Assembly (NCBI GenBank): GCA_004764695.1
Contig: SMSO01000037.1
Location: 3,820,747-3,884,746 of the forward strand
Direction: 5' to 3'
DNA length: 64,000 bases
Origin: Schizochytrium sp. TIO01
Taxonomy: Eukaryota; Protista; Bigyra: Labyrinthulomycetes
Both the position numbers and the translations under genes were made by a program. This document shows positions 36,711-51,905 of the stretch, piece by piece (the stretch's first letter is position 1; every line of letters begins with the position of its first letter). Under the pieces are notes generated by a model. That model saw only the letters and a program-made list of their open reading frames with translations. It searched no databases and was not told where the DNA came from.

Positions 36711-38913
36711 TTTTAAACAGCAGCGATAAATGCTATACTCGAGGCAGCTGCTTCCACCCCGGTGCTTTACAGGGCCAGTAAGGGCAGTTTGCTCTGAGTG
36801 CATATAATATTCATGTGTACAACACGGCGCTCCTTCTTCTTTTCTTTTCTTTGGTCTCCCTTTTTTTCTCTCATCCTTCCCGTGCACTTTTTTTTACTTG
36901 GTTTGTTTAATTATTTGTTTAATTGTTTGTTTAAATGTTTGTTTGTTTATTTGCATGCATTGACGATGTACGTACCGGTGTCTCAGCACGGAGGAGAACG
37001 AGGTCCTTGTACCGGACTTCAGAGGCAGCGGCAGAGGGCGATGGTTTGTGAGGCAGGCAACAGAAAGAACGCCAATCTACGCAGGGAGGGCTGCCTCGAG
37101 CGGCCTACGCGCTAGTTCTTTGCGAAGAATGTTGTTGCAGAATTAGGAGACTCACGGCGGAACATCATCCTTGTCTTTTTCTTTTCTTTTCTCTTCCTTC
37201 TATGGTTTAAGAGAATAAAAGAAAACATGTTTTTAAAGCAGCAAAATAGAGAAGTTCTTTCCTTTTAAAACCAGGGACACACACCGACAGATAGATAGAC
37301 AGACAGAAGTTAGTTCTCTTTACTTGAGACAGAAGAAAAGCGAAGGCAAAATTAAAAAAAAGGAAAGGAAAACAAATCTGACACCACTCTTCCTCCCTTT
37401 CCGGTAGTTCTATTTCCGGGCAGAATAGCGAAAGAGAGAAAGGCTGTTTTGGTAGAAGACGAGACAACACGAGAAGATAGATGGACAGATAGATAGATAG
37501 ATAAACGTCGATTCCTAGCACCAGTTAGCCCCTCCTAGGTAGCAGCAGCAGGTGCCTACACATCCTCCATCATAATACATTTTGCTCGCTCCCGCCATGT
37601 CCTCTCTTTTCCTCTCTTCCGCCTTTCCCCCTCATCTTTTCTTTCTCTCTTCCTTGGTTCAACCTTATGATGCGGGCACATGTCTTTTCTTCAATAATAT
37701 AACAAAATAGAATTTTATCAGTTAATAACTTTTAAAGTTGAAAGTAAGAGTGACTAAGAGGGGAGTAGGAGCAATACTTCTTCATGCTCCTACCGCAAAG
37801 CAAACTAAGTTTTAATTTCGAATAAACACTCTATCTAGCAAGTTCAGAAGTCCTAGATAGCACACTCATACAGCTTTAAATTAAAAAATGAAAAAAAAAA
37901 GGAGAAGAGAAGAGGAACAAAAACAAATAAATAAATAAAGAAAGAAAGTGGGTGAGACTTATCACAACAAAGGAGAGAATGCCAAGAGCCAGAGGAGAGG
38001 TGAGGTATTCATTCAAGATTTAAAATCACAGCACAAGAACAAGAACAACAACAACAACAACAAGAATCAGTCAATCAATCGATTGATCAATGATGAAACA
38101 ATCAATGCGCTGCTCTGTAGACACCTGCTTACTATCTGCGAGCCGCGAGGCAGTCATATGGGGCGCGCAAACTCACGGCAGAAACTCGTCAGAAGCGTCT
38201 CTCGCGGCATTCCTTGCCGATCAGCAGCTATTCTCCACTCGCTCCCTCACTAATTACCAGCCGACCTAGTTCTAATTCGAAGAACTTCTTCCCCGGTTTC
38301 TTTCTTTGTTGCCTCTCTGCTCTTTTCAAAACCGGCGCAAGGAGGAGCGCAAAGCACAGAGCAGGAAAACAAACAAAGGCACCAGAGGCTGTCTCTGTCT
38401 GTCTGCGTAGGTAGGTACGACTTCTTGTTTCTTGTTTCTACTCGGCAAAAGAAACAAATGCTCAGCCCTCTTTGCCTTTTCATGATTCTTTGTTTGATTT
38501 ATGAATTTTAATTGAATCATAAATTAAATACTGGCGCAATTATGTGCTTTTACAGCAGCAAAAACAAAGAAGAGTCCTCCCGTCTCGAGACACACTCCAC
38601 TCTGCCTGCAGAGTAGAGAAGGACAGTAAGTGGGTAAGGAAGTCCGAAATTTAGAAGAGTAAGTCCCGGCGCAACGCGTATTGCTCGCAAAGCCTTCCCT
38701 TAGGAGGCGCTTTTGAGCACTCCAACGTAGTGGAATCAATCAAACAGGAGAGAGAGGAGATGTACTAAAGTCATCGGGGTACCAAGCTAGTAGTAGTATA
38801 CTAGTAGGTAAGTAAGAAAGTACCTTGTACGATGCACGGAGCCCTCTCTATAAGTTCTTTAAACAATAATCAGCATCTCGCACACAACGCAGCCTTCCTT
38901 GCTTTTCTTTTCT

Positions 38914-38914
<1 letters not shown>

Positions 38915-38977
<63 letters not shown>

Positions 38978-38978
38978 T
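38915..38978. repeat. (CTTT)16
   Basis: Direct reading. Confidence 0.95.
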
Positions 38979-40552
38979 ATTTGAAATGTCTTCACTATTT
39001 TCTCGCTACAAATAATAATAAAAACTCTTTAAAGCGCGCATCACCATGAATAGGCTGTTGCTAGTCTCGCTAGTCTCACTCACACTGGGCACGAGACGCC
39101 CGAGATCCCAGCGACGAGGCACCGCTTCGAGTTGAAAATCAAATGAATGAATGAATGAATGAATGAATGTGCAGGTCCTACCCATCCACCCATCCATCCA
39201 TAGATCAGTAGCTGAGTTCATGAATCAATCTACTTGTGACTGCTTCTGCTGTGTATTGCTGTCTGTCTGTCTGCCTGCCTGTTTGTTTGTTTGTTTGTTT
39301 GTTTGTTTGTTTGTGATATGACTGGTGCGCTCGCTTGCTCTCTTGCTCGCTCGCTGGCGCAGCCGCTTCTGCTGCTTCTGCTGCTTCTGCTGCTTCTGCT
39401 TGTTCATTCGTATACATTCGTGTAGTGAGTAACAGAAGAACTGCTGCCGCCTCTGCGCTCGCGCGGGTTCGTGAGACCCTCCTATTCGCAGCTACGAAAA
39501 ACCCTCCTCGTCTGTCCTTTTCTTTTCCTTTCCTCTCTTTTCTCCTTCCTTGCTTCTTCGTTATTCACTCATTCATTGATACCTTCACTCATTCACTCAT
39601 TGATACATTCCTTCATTCGCTCAGTTTCTTTCCTTTTTCCATTGCGAGGATACGGGTACTTTCGAGGCCACGACTGCTACAGTATACTCTAGGCTGCTGC
39701 GTTCTTTCTTCTCTAAACGTAGCGGCGCCTAGCTAGGGCTATGTGGTTCTACAGGCCGCCCTGTTTCTTTCTTATCCCTTGCTACTATGGTGTTTGCATG
39801 TATGCGTTCACGGCCGCCTGGTCTCTGTCTGTATTCTCCGCGTCCAAGCCTCTGCCAGAGAAAGGCCGAGTACGTATGATTGATTATATCGGCAGCGCGG
39901 CCTCGTTTCGGCTCCTTGGCCAGCCAGCCAGGCCCGTCCAATCAATCCATCCCCTGTTGCTGGGACCACCAACGAGGAGGTCGCGGTCTTCTTCTTCGTG
40001 CACTCGCTCGTTGATGCTCTCGCAATGAATCCTGCTGCTTGAGATTGATTGCCCAAAAGAACTCGAAGAATGCAACGGTGCCTTTTCTTTTTCTTCAATC
40101 GCCCCGTCTTTCTCTAGTAGACTAGACTAGAGTAGACTAGAGTAGACTAGACTAGACTAGAGTGGAGTAGAGTTAGATGACATACTACTGCTAAGACTAC
40201 TGACGCAGCAGGTAGGACCGCATAGGCCCACGTCTAGGCCCCCTCCATCTCAGTCTACCGTCAATCCATCTGTCTGTCTTTCCGTCTTTCTGTCTGTCTG
40301 TCTGTCTGTCAAAGCTTCGTCAGCTGTAACGATAAGCAGCAGCACAGCAGATAAGATAAGAACGGAGGCACACATCGTGAAAACTCATCGCCTGAGTTTT
40401 TATTCGTTCTCTACTTCGCGAGTGTTGGAGATGGGCGTCTGTCTCGTAAGTCCTTTCTTCTATTTATCCCCTTCTATTTATCCCCTTTTACCTCATTATC
40501 TGTTTATCTTTTTAAATCTACTTTTCTTTATAAACTTAAATCTATCTATCCT

Positions 40553-40583
<31 letters not shown>

Positions 40584-40904
40584 TCTGCGACGACACGCAA
40601 TGCACCAAATGATGTGTGGTACTACCTCGAACTTGGAGATGCGCCTTTCGCCAGGCCGCCCGCTATAGCTGGGCAGGCAGGCAGGCAGGCCGCTGCGGAG
40701 AAGAGACGGGGGAGGGCCTCTTCTTCGGGGCTTCCCCGCCATCAGGATGACGGTTGGCCGATGAACTGTCCGCGTTCGGCTGCTTGCGGCTCTCGAGGGC
40801 GCAGACGGAACGCGGCCTTTGGTTCTTCGAGGTGCTCTCAAGCGCGAAGAAAGAAGGGGAGAAAGGCATTACTTACTCACTTACTAGCAGCTTCTACCTG
40901 ACGC

Positions 40905-40933
40905 GCTAGCTAGCTAGCTAGCTAGCTAGCTAG
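40905..40933. repeat. Self-complementary (GCTA)7 array
   Basis: Direct reading. Confidence 0.93.
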
Positions 40934-43900
40934 GTGTTTCTTTCTTTGTTTTGGTTTGTTTTGGTTTTTAGGAGTGTTTTTGGAGTTTGTTTTTTCCTTG
41001 GGAACTCATTTCGCATGGCAACGGCCTCGCGAGTGCCTGCTGACAGGACATACTTGGCGGGTGGGATGTGGAATGCCCATCTCCGTTGCGTCTTCAGCCT
41101 GAAGGCGCTCCGTATGCACACGCTGCGAAGAGGAGTGCAGCACATCTTTGCGAGGTGAAATTACAACTTGACGCAAATCTTTGATAGGACCTTTGATTGG
41201 ATCTCTCTTTTTTTCCTTTACTTTTCTTTTTCTTAGTATCATAAATTTTATATTCTAAACAGATGAATAGTTTTAAAATACTCTAGCTAGTCAAAATTCC
41301 AAGTTTGTATATATATTTAAGTAAAACTACTTCACTTTATCGTGCATAGAGTTATGCCTGATTCTTTCAAGGCATGTGTTGTACATAGACGAGCTGCCGG
41401 TCTGTAAAGTGCCAGCGAAGAGGCACTTTCTAGCGTGGCTTGCATAGTATGTTTGCGTGACCCATCGAGTCAACGCGGTACTACGCCATGGGAGTGAAGC
41501 TTTAGACTGATCTCGCCAAGTCGCCGTATTTATATCACAGCGATTAAGCTCCACTCCAATGGAAGAAGGAATGAATGCGCGAAGAAAGAAGAAGCTGGCA
41601 AATTATCTGCAGACATAAAGCTACCAGGTACACCCTTTACTCCAAACATCAGTCCTAGCACAAACCAGCAAAGAGAGGACAAAGGTGGGGTACACTGCAA
41701 TTATGTGCGCCGGCCTTAGCAGAGGCAAGAGTTTGAATTCATTCAACTTCATTCACTTAGTCATGAAAACAAACAAATCTCGCCAGACGAGCTTTTCCAG
41801 GCGCCCTTTCAACTTCACGGCGCGGCCGGCAGCCAACCAAGAAAAGCACGCCAAAGCCACGAAGGCAGAGGACGCCGACGCTGCAAGAAGAGGTGGTTTT
41901 CAAGTCTGCTTTTACTGGTACCTCAGAGCAGCACAGCTCGCAGCTTGCCAGTCTTAAGGCCTGTTGTGCTCGAGGTGCCAACCCCATCTTATCTCTGTTT
42001 TCCTCTTCGATGCGGATCGCCCATAGGAGTCATTTAGCTAACAATACGACTGCTCCTGAGCATGAGTGAGACAGAGAGTGCACAACTTTGAAGGCCTTTC
42101 TTGGGGTCAAAAAGTTTTCTCCGGAGCCCTCAGAGATACCTCACTAGGCGCCTTCCTAGCAACTAAGCTAAAACACAACTCGAAGATTGAAGAAAAGTTG
42201 CACAAGAAGAACTCTTCCCCGCGACTAACGACGCTGCACAAACAAAAACTTCGGGGTCCACAGGCGCTGCTGCTTGTCTAAAGTAGCCACCTGCTTGCTT
42301 GCTTGCTTGCCTACTTCACGGCCTACGCTCTCTCGTGCTGCCTTGCTGAAAAGGACAGTTTTGGCGGCCCAGCTCAATGGATTCTCTGCAAGTCGAAAGG
42401 CCTCGGAAAGAAAGAAAACTTAAACCAACGAAAGAAAACTTAAAAGAAAGAAAGAAGAAAGAAAGAAGGACAAGCGGATAAGCAGACAAAGATAGACAGA
42501 CAGACAGACAGCAGAGTACAACTCGTGTCAGTACCGAGCGGAACGGAGACAGGTCACGGCGTGCATGCCAGGGTTGGCCCTTGGCCGCTCATAGACTGCT
42601 GGGAAGCAGCACGGAAGGTGTCGCTCCGAAAGGACCCAGAGCAGGACCTCGCCCGCTCTTGGCCAGCCACTTGGGCTTGAAACGAAGGAGTTTATAGTCC
42701 AGCAGTCTTGAATTTGGGAGTGCCATCGTCACAGAAATTTCAAGAAAGACTTGTGACTCGTGGCACTGCAAAAATACACTCACTGCCTTGGCGGGAGATG
42801 TGGTAGTAGTAGTACGTAACTGCCGCGTAGAGGTCAAGACATGGAGAGGATGAAATGATTAGGCTCCAAATAGTGAAAAGCGCAAAATAGCAAGCGAAAG
42901 CAGGAATGCTTATCAAATGAAGACTCCAAGGTCTAGTTAGGCACATTGAAAATAGCTCTAACCCAGGAAATATCGTCATTGCCGTGTTCCCTTCAAATGT
43001 ATTCCTCTGCATTTTAAATAATATATATAATGCATATTTCATATATATATATAGGCATGTACCTGTAGGAAGTATGTTTTAAATTAATAAGAGCATGTTT
43101 GCATTATTTTTATTTTATTTTATTTTAATGCAAGCTAAGACCTAAAGCAGCATCAATAGCCTAAAGAATCTATTGAAAGCGATGAGACGTATGAATAAAA
43201 AATTTAGGAATCGACACAAAGTACCTACCTATATATTTTCTTCTTCTTCTTTTCTTCTGTTCCTGGAAAAAAAGATGCACCCTAGAAAGTTCCATTCCGA
43301 AGGCATCGTTTCTCCAGATTTAGAAACATTTTTTAAGCATACATATGTATTTTATTTTACAAAGAAATAGAACTTTTCTTTTCTTTTAATAAAAGAAACA
43401 AATCAAAATAAATCAAAGTAACTAACAGCGAGCGATAGGACCGGGCATAAATCGAGAAGAAGTCGCCGAAGAATCAGGGCAAGCTCAAAGATCATTGGCG
43501 TAGATGCCACGACCTTCATTGAAAATATCGTTGCTCCACGTCTCACACCAAAGTTGTGTTCGTCATGACTGGCTCAGTAATGTCGGCTGCTCAGAACTCT
43601 GCCAGTTTGCTCTGCCAGTTTGAAGAGCAGAGAAATACCCAGACTTTACACATATATTTGAACTTAAAGTAAAAAAAAACGAGAATAACTAGCTAGAATA
43701 ACTCTAGAGAATAAAAAGCTATTGGAACTGTCCAGGCACCTACCAGTGATGCTAGGGCTAGTTAGGCACATAGTGTAGTGTAGCGAGTTAAACGAGAACC
43801 CATTTTCGATCGACTGGTCTGTCTTTCTCTCTCTTGATCAGTCTCTCAGTCTGCCAGCTACTGGAAAGATAGCATGGCTACATAAACAGTGCTGCAACGC

Positions 43901-45368
43901 CGGAAAGGCATTACAAGAAGGCCGCGGGAACGCAGGGACTCTCGACTAGTATGCAGCGAAAGCAGACGAAAGCAGGCGAGGAAGCGACGGGCCGCAGACC
44001 ACGCTATTGTGAAACAGAGCGCGCCGTTGTCTTTTCTTTTCAGAGGCCGAAGTTGACTTCACCGGTCACCGCCCCACAGCTCCGCGTGGGATCATGTGCA
44101 ACTCCTGCTTCCTTCCTTGTGAGGAAAAAGAAAGTGTGGACCCGACTTTCTTTCTTTCCTGCTGTTCCCTTGTGTCTCGCGATTCTTTCGTTCAAGCTCC
44201 TGGAGTGAATGAAAGATGAAGAAACTCACGAGGGTGCTGAGAAATGAAGTTGGCGCAGAATCCAATCAATTCCATCGAGACAAGACTGGCCGAGCCGAGC
44301 CGAGTCTGGTTAGTCTACCTAGAAAGGGGCCAGAGCTGGTTTCTAGCGCGAGCCTTGGCCTCATCTATGCAGTGACATGTCTTCTGGAGACTAAGATTGA
44401 GATCGCCTGAGCTTGAGTGACTCTAGAGAAAATTCAGGTACTATCTCGATATAAAACTTTATCAATCAAAAAACACTTTCCTTCTGTTTCCTTTAAATTG
44501 GAAAAACGGTTTAGAACGATTCTTATTATTCGTAATATTGTATACTAGACTTCTGCTTTTTCTTTTCTTTCCTTTTCTTTTGTTTCCTTTTCTTTTTAAT
44601 TTAAAATTTGACTAAAAAGAATACTTTATAAATTGTGCAGTATGGAACATTGGATTGAACTGCGAGAAAGGGAAAAGAAAGCGTTTCCGTGGGAAACAAG
44701 AAAAGGATTGAAGCGAACTTATGATCAGTGGCAGCCAAACATTCAAGACGAGCCATCCATTACCAGTTGTTCCTGAAGTCCTCGTAACCAGGCCGAAGCT
44801 TTCGCAAACTTCACTCCTGCTTGGTCGTCGTCGAGAACAAGCTTTTGCCAGCTTGCCTTTCCCCTCCCTTTTCCAGCCTGAATGTACTGAAACTAAACGA
44901 AGAGCCACGCCTCTGAGCCTTTAGTACTGCTTCATTATTGGTTAGTTCAAAACAATTTATCGCCTCTCTTTTCGCTCGCGCCGTTGCGAGGGGTCTCACC
45001 AGCGCGCCTGAAAACCAGACCCCGCGCACCATGGTGACTGAGCTCTCCTCCACGACACCGGGTCGGGTACGTGGTGCACTACAAGGTGGAGCGGCGCACC
45101 AAACCACGAGAAGAAAAGCTGCAAAATGTGTGGCGGTCACGCCTGGTCTGCAGTGAGAGCGGCGCCTTCAGAGGGGGCGGCAGCCTCTCACAGGACAGAG
45201 CGCTCTGAGTCAGCTTGGGAACTTCGGGCGGGACAGACACCGGGTCTGGAGGTAGAGGCGCCACGGTAGTCGGAGCATCTTTTGGGCACTTGCGTGATGG
45301 AGATCGCTGGTGATATGTGCGTACTTAAACAAGAAGGGGAGACATTTATGCGGAATCTGCTGCGCTGC

Positions 45369-45394
45369 GCTTTCACTTTTATAAAAGTGAAAGC
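45369..45394. repeat. Perfect 26-bp palindrome
   Basis: gctttcactttta|taaaagtgaaagc. Confidence 0.95.
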
Positions 45395-48300
45395 AAATTG
45401 ATAGGCCTTTTAAAAGGTTGAGAGGCTTGTTTTCATTGAGATAGGAAGAGAGTTAGACGGAAGCAGGCAACAGGAAGGGAAGGAAGGGCGACGATGAAGG
45501 AAATGATGGAAATCATCAAGAGGGGAAAGAAGAAGTGAAGAAAGAAAGTAAATATATACTCAGAGGTGTATTTATTTGTTTTTATGGTTCGATTCACTCG
45601 ATTGGGCTGATTTGAATCAAATGAGTTAGGTCTACTTTCTTCAGCTTTCATTACAGTGTGTTCGGTGCTGCTCCCAAATTTCTTGGTCGCATTTAGTTTT
45701 TTTAATTTCTGTTTATGAGTGGGTGCTACGACTATGTGAGTTCGATACTAACAGGCACAAAGCCAACCTTCGGCAGACTCATATTACTTACCAGGGAGCA
45801 ACCTATGAGTTGAAAGCATAAGCTAAGTATTGCTTACTTTTACTCCAGTGAGTACATGTGTGAACAAAACTTTCATGAGCAAGAAAAGTATATTTAAATA
45901 CGCCTTTATTGTTTTGAAGTAGTTTTATCATTTCTGAGAATTACAAATGGCTGAGCATACAATTGTCAGAGAATTTATTTTTTCTTATTTTAGAAGATTG
46001 AGTGCTACGTGTTTTGCATCGCCATTCTTAAGTACTTACCCAAAACTTCACTTTAGGAGTCAATTCCAGTCATTTATCCCTATATACATATGGTGAGGGT
46101 TTACACCAATGGACATCTGTCAGAAAGAGAATCCCAATTCCTCAGTCGTTGTCCACTTCTGTTGTTGCACGCTAAAATTAATCTTCGTTGATTTGTTTTA
46201 TTATGTAATTTAATTAAAATGTAAGATGAAATTACTTGGAAATCTTCCTTTCGCAGGAACAGGAGTCTTTTGTTGCAGCGCTCCTTGATAAAGGTTGAAC
46301 ACTCTCCGTGTGTCATGATTTCAACAGTGATGACATCTTCTACGTGGCTGCGAATTTTCATCAGCATTTGGAATCGGTCGAAATAATCTCAACAGAAACT
46401 TATTATTTTTATTCGCAGTGTCCTCATACACAAATGATTAACAGATTTCCGTAAAGCCGTTCCTTGGTTGGTGACATAAAATCAACTCTTTCGCATTGCG
46501 CTTGACCTAATTTTATATATATTTCCTACAAAAGCACTGCAGGCCAGCCCAAGTCGCAACGAGCCGGGTGCTCTCGATCCATTTGCAGCAGCCGTCTCAA
46601 AACCAGAAGATATATAATACATTCCGTTCCGAATGATGGCTTTACAGAGCGAATCTTTGCAGCATCAAAAGATCTTTCGAAAGAGTTGTCTCCCGGAGTC
46701 TTGTCTTGAGTTGCCGGAATGAGCGCGGGACCGAGGCAATTCTCTCAATGGTGGCTGCAGCGATGCCACGAGTTTTGCAAGTATTTTTAGTAGACCTACT
46801 CCTGCTTTCATTGAGGAGGTGAGCTCATATGTTCTGTTGTTGTTGGTCCCCCATCGAAATCCCTACCTAAAAGAGAAAACTTAGCTCACTCCTTTAAGCG
46901 TGCTCACTCGCCAGAAGTTGAAAAATAGCACCGCATCACTTAGCGTAAAAGCTGATACCGTAAAAGCACAGAGAGATGGTCGCGGCTCAGCCACGAGCCC
47001 CAATTGTGAAAGCGTGCGCCCAAGACGTGCACTCGCTTATTGCTAGTCTTTGGTAAAGTCAGTCACCCAGGATCCATACAATCTTTCTTTTTTTTTCTTT
47101 TTTAAATCAGTAGATGTGCGGAAGTATCCAAACAAACAAAGGAACTCATTCATCATCATCTTTTCAACCCTTTCATTCTTCATTTTATTTCTTTCAATGG
47201 TAACTCTTTTCTTGAAAGAATTCCTTTTTAAGTGCACCTCTGATAACTATTTTCTCATTTTTTTAAAAGACTTTTTCATTATTCCCTTCAATAAATATAA
47301 TATAAATATAATCGCTATAGTAACAAAAATCACTGGAAGATCACGAGAAGTGTTTGCTTGGCACCAGCTTTTGCAATTTCATTCTTTTAAGCCCCTCTCA
47401 CGGAAGTTGAAACATGAGTCTCCCTTCACCTTGCCTCCAAAGAGAGGACAATTTTGCCGCGTACCATAGTTATTGAGCTCACTGCCTGCCCGTGGCTTTC
47501 TTTCTTTATTCATTCATGTGACTAACTAACTAACTAACTAAGAACTAACTGAATTGAAAACATTGACTCAACGATATCCAGAATCATGCCAAGGCTGCTG
47601 CTCCTTTCTGCTGTTCAAGCAGCCTTTTCTTGCGCACGGCTCGCGTACGTGGCGTGGTAGTAGCCCATTCCTCTGCACTCGTGCCTTCGGCCTCCGGGCG
47701 CGAGTGAAGGAAGGAAGGAAGGTTTGCTTGCTTTGTTTCAAAACAGTGACGTTGTCGTCGTCGTCGTCGTCGTCGTCGTCGTGTGCAACTCCCGTTTCGC
47801 TCGCTTTGCAAACAGCGGAGCAGATCGATCGCTGCTGCTGCTGCTTTCTCTCTCCGTCTTTGGTTGAGGCAGCGAGGTTGCGCGGGAAAGAACTCGACTC
47901 GACTCGTATCGTCTCTCTCGTGGAACTGTTTCGTTCCATGGACCGGAATTGGCAACGAAGAGCGGCGAAGATTGCTCATAGGAATCTTGAGGCTCGTGGC
48001 ACCGCCGTTCGCAGAGAAGAAAGCAAGCAATGCCTAGGCGCCGCTTAGGCCTTGCTGCTGCGCTGTCGGCTCATGTCTGTTAGTCTCACTCGCCGAACAG
48101 ATGGATGTGCTGTTCGAGACGGAGAGCAGAAAGTTCGTCGGATGCTAAGCCCTTCAGAAGAAACGCTAGCGCTTGCTCGCGCTTCTACAAGAGAATGCAG
48201 AGTGAGGGAGTGAGTGAGGGAGTGTCGCATTCACTACCCGCGACCTCATCTGCTCTGACCTGCCCAAGGCTTACTCGAAATCCACGTGACACCGCCAAAG

Positions 48301-49858
48301 ATCCAACACGAGGCTTGAAGGGCGGGCAGGCTCCGCTTGACTCGAGCCGCTGCTGCTCACGCGTCGGTATTATCATCCCATGTGCCTCGTTTCTTAGCAC
48401 AGGTTATCTATCTATCTATCTATCCTGTGGCAAGAAGCGAGATCTCTCTCTGTCTACTGCTAGCCGCTGCTAGTGAGAGCTAGGAAGTATCGGTTATCCT
48501 CCATTGGAGAGTGATAGCAAAGCGAGCAGCAAAGCAAAGCAAAGCAAAGCAAAGCAATGAGTTAGTTATTCACTCCATCTGGTGGGTTGACCAAGTTCCT
48601 GCTTTCGCAGACGGCGAAACTCTGCACAGTCTGGAGGCCGGCACCATGAGACAAGAACGACTCTCGAAGGGCGCCGGTTGCTGGTATCGTGCCCAGCAGA
48701 CGATTGATCCTGCCTCGTGGCACAGGTGCTCATGCCGTTGAGAACTATCTGTCTATCTGTCTATCTATCTATCTGTCTATCAGAATGGGCCGCTGTTGAG
48801 AACCGCACCATCCGTAGGGACCTCCTATAGTTTCCGATACCCTGGCGGAAAGGGAGACCTCTCAGACAGCCAAACACAACCAACTTCGTCTCGATTCGGG
48901 CGAGTTGGAAGACTTTTCACAGAATGAAAACACGACGACGACGAGAAAGAAAGAAAGCTACGGTTCCTACTCTAGAGTAGGTACGCATGTGTTTTTTTAT
49001 TTTGTTTGTTTCTATTTTACCCTCTTTTTTTCTCTTTCTTTTTTTTTAAATCTCACTTTTTGATTGAATTATAAAATAAATAAAGTTTTCTCCTTTTTTT
49101 TTAGTCTATTAAAATGACCAGGTTTTATTTTTATGCAGGTTTTGGGGTTTACTTTAGATTGCCAGACTTCGCCCGGACCCAAGCCAGGGCCAAGGCCGAC
49201 GAGCCGGCGCCCTCCCGTAGCCACGCCACACCGTGGGTATCTCCTTCTGCCTGCCCCCTCCTCTCCAGAGAAGCCGAGCAGCGCCGCCGAGGCAGCTTCA
49301 GACTTGCCTGCCTGCCTGCCTGCCTGCTTCTTCCCTTTTCCCGATTAAAAAGAAAGTATACCTACAAATCGGCCGGGGTACCGACGGGCTCTGTCTCGAC
49401 TGCTAGACAGCGCTGTATTTGCGACATAGACAGGGAAGCCTTTCGTTGTTTTGCTCCTGCTATTCCCGTAGACGGCGGGAGGGAAACTATGCTGCACTCT
49501 GAGCGTCTCACAGCCCCTCCTTGCCCCTCTACCAGCTTGATCAGCGGTTGAGAGAGAAAACTTTTCTCTTTTGGAAGAAGGCCCGCCACGCAGGATTCGC
49601 TGTGTGAGCTACTAGTTTTCATGCGAAGGCGCCGCATTGGTGATGGATGGATGCCCTCCCTCTTCATTCGCGCGACGGCAACTCAATTATGGGGCCGCTA
49701 CATTCGTGGCGAGGACGCCTTGCCGTGAGACCCCGATTAGAGCCGGCCTTGGGTAGCTCGCCGTCGCTGTCCACTTTTGCAGAAGGGAAAGAGATCCATG
49801 TCAATCTTTGTTTGTTTTCTTTATTTATTGGGTTGGATAAATTGGCGAAGGGGACTGT

Positions 49859-49892
<34 letters not shown>

Positions 49893-51808
49893 GTAGAGGA
49901 GATTTATCGCATCTGCTTCAAACTTTAATGTGTTCGTCCCCCTCAAACTTTCGAGTTGGCTCATTGATCATGATTTATTGTACAACGAGACTAGGCCATT
50001 CTTTTTTTTTTTATTGGTGAAGGACTTGCTGCGTATTTTTGTTTGATGACTTGTTTTATTGTATAGGACTATAAGACTATTCAACAAATATTTACGACTA
50101 CGCGCGTCTGCGAACGTGATTTTCTCGAAGAAAGGAGATGCTCTTTCGTAATGACTGGCTCCGTACTTTTAACAGGGAGAGATTTTTTAGGTGATGATTT
50201 CAAGAAATTTGACTCAGGAATTATTGCTACTTCTCTAGAGCATATTAGCATCGTTCTGCGACTCGAGAGTGGCTTACTCCCTTTCCTTTCCCCATTCCTT
50301 TCATTTCTTTTCTTTTCTTTTCTTTTCAGATTGTGGCATCTGTAGGTGCTTACTTGATCAACTAGACAACAGCTTTTGTCCTATGTTTTTTTGTGTGTTA
50401 GATCAATACGAAGAGCAGCCTGTTGCAAATTAAGTTTTCCTTTTTTGAGCGCACATGAGCCATCCATCAAATAATATAAATAGCATTTTGGTTGCCACTT
50501 CTGTAACCAAAGTTTTGTTATCAAGTTCATAGTAACAATTGTCACCCCCTCCTCTCATTAAATTTCCTCTCCATGTTTTTTATTATTATTATTTATTTTT
50601 GAAAGCATAATATATACAAACAATTTTCTGTTATGTGAAACTACTATTTCTGACCTCCTTCGAGTTCCTTTTTTTTTTAATATAATAATTTAAAATAAAA
50701 GATTTTACAACATACATGCTTCTTTTATTTAAAATTTATTTTAAAAAAAAAAGCGCCTCAAACCCAGAAGAGGGATGGAGGGCACAATACTGGTGCCCAT
50801 GAGAAAAGGACGAAGCCCCTTTTGGAGGAGCGCCCCAAGCTGCTCCTCCGTCGGGATCATACCAGTAGTACACATAAATCGTATACCTCTCAATAGATCT
50901 CCTGTCAAGAACTTATTAGAAACATCCGTGATATGCATTTGAGTTGGAGTACCGAAGGCTTACACAATTTTTAATTTTTTATTTTTAAAACATCCTACCA
51001 AGAAAACAAGATAGAGCGAAGGATGCTTTACGCATCATTTGTGTGGATAATAAGTAAGACAAATTAAAAGAAACATTCACCTAATTTCTTAAATTAAGAA
51101 ACTCTTTTAGTTTGCAATTGTACGTACCTACCTCTAGGTGCTGCAAACTACCAGGAACAGACAAACAATGCGTTGTGCTGAGTTTGGGTTGTCTTCATAA
51201 CAGACGACGGCGAAAAACCACGCAGAACCGTACCGGCCAACTGAGACTCGCTCGGTAAACGTGCTATGTAACGTCTGCGCACCTACGTTTGCGATCCCGC
51301 ACGAGGAATACCTACCTACCTGGCTGGAGTCCCGCGAGTCCCGCAAACATGCCGACCGCCAACCAGCCCAAGCCGCTGGCAGGTAGACCACCGGAGAGAA
51401 ACAGAGTTTTCTGCGCTCCTGAAATCAACTCGCTCAACACATTCGCCTTCATCACTATCAAACAAAGGCCAACAAATTACATTGCAGGAGGGAGGGAGCG
51501 CGTGAAGCACTGCCTTACCTGGCTAGGCTCCTTCTTTCTCTGCTAGTACCAGGCCTCCTGTTCTTTTTATTCATTGGTTGATTTGTTTTTGTAATAGCTA
51601 AAAAAGAAGAAAAGAACAACAAGTAAAAACAGCAGCTTTTAAGATTGATTCATTCACCTTGCCAACAAGGTTGGTGGGTGGCCTTTTTCGAAGAGTACGC
51701 TGTTTCCCTCAAGCCGTCGCCTGAAACTGCGGCAGAGTCCTCAAAGCGAGGCGAGCAAAGTACGTACTGAGCGGCAAATGAGCGGTTCTGAGCAGACTCT
51801 ACACACAC

Positions 51809-51809
<1 letters not shown>

Positions 51810-51901
<92 letters not shown>
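51810..51901. repeat. (CTTT)23
   Basis: Direct reading. Confidence 0.95.

Positions 51902-51905
<4 letters not shown>

Noticed and set aside
45781-45800. U1-like 5' end (ttacttaccaggg)
   Set aside because: It mismatches ACUUACCUG and no U1 stem-loops or Sm site follow.
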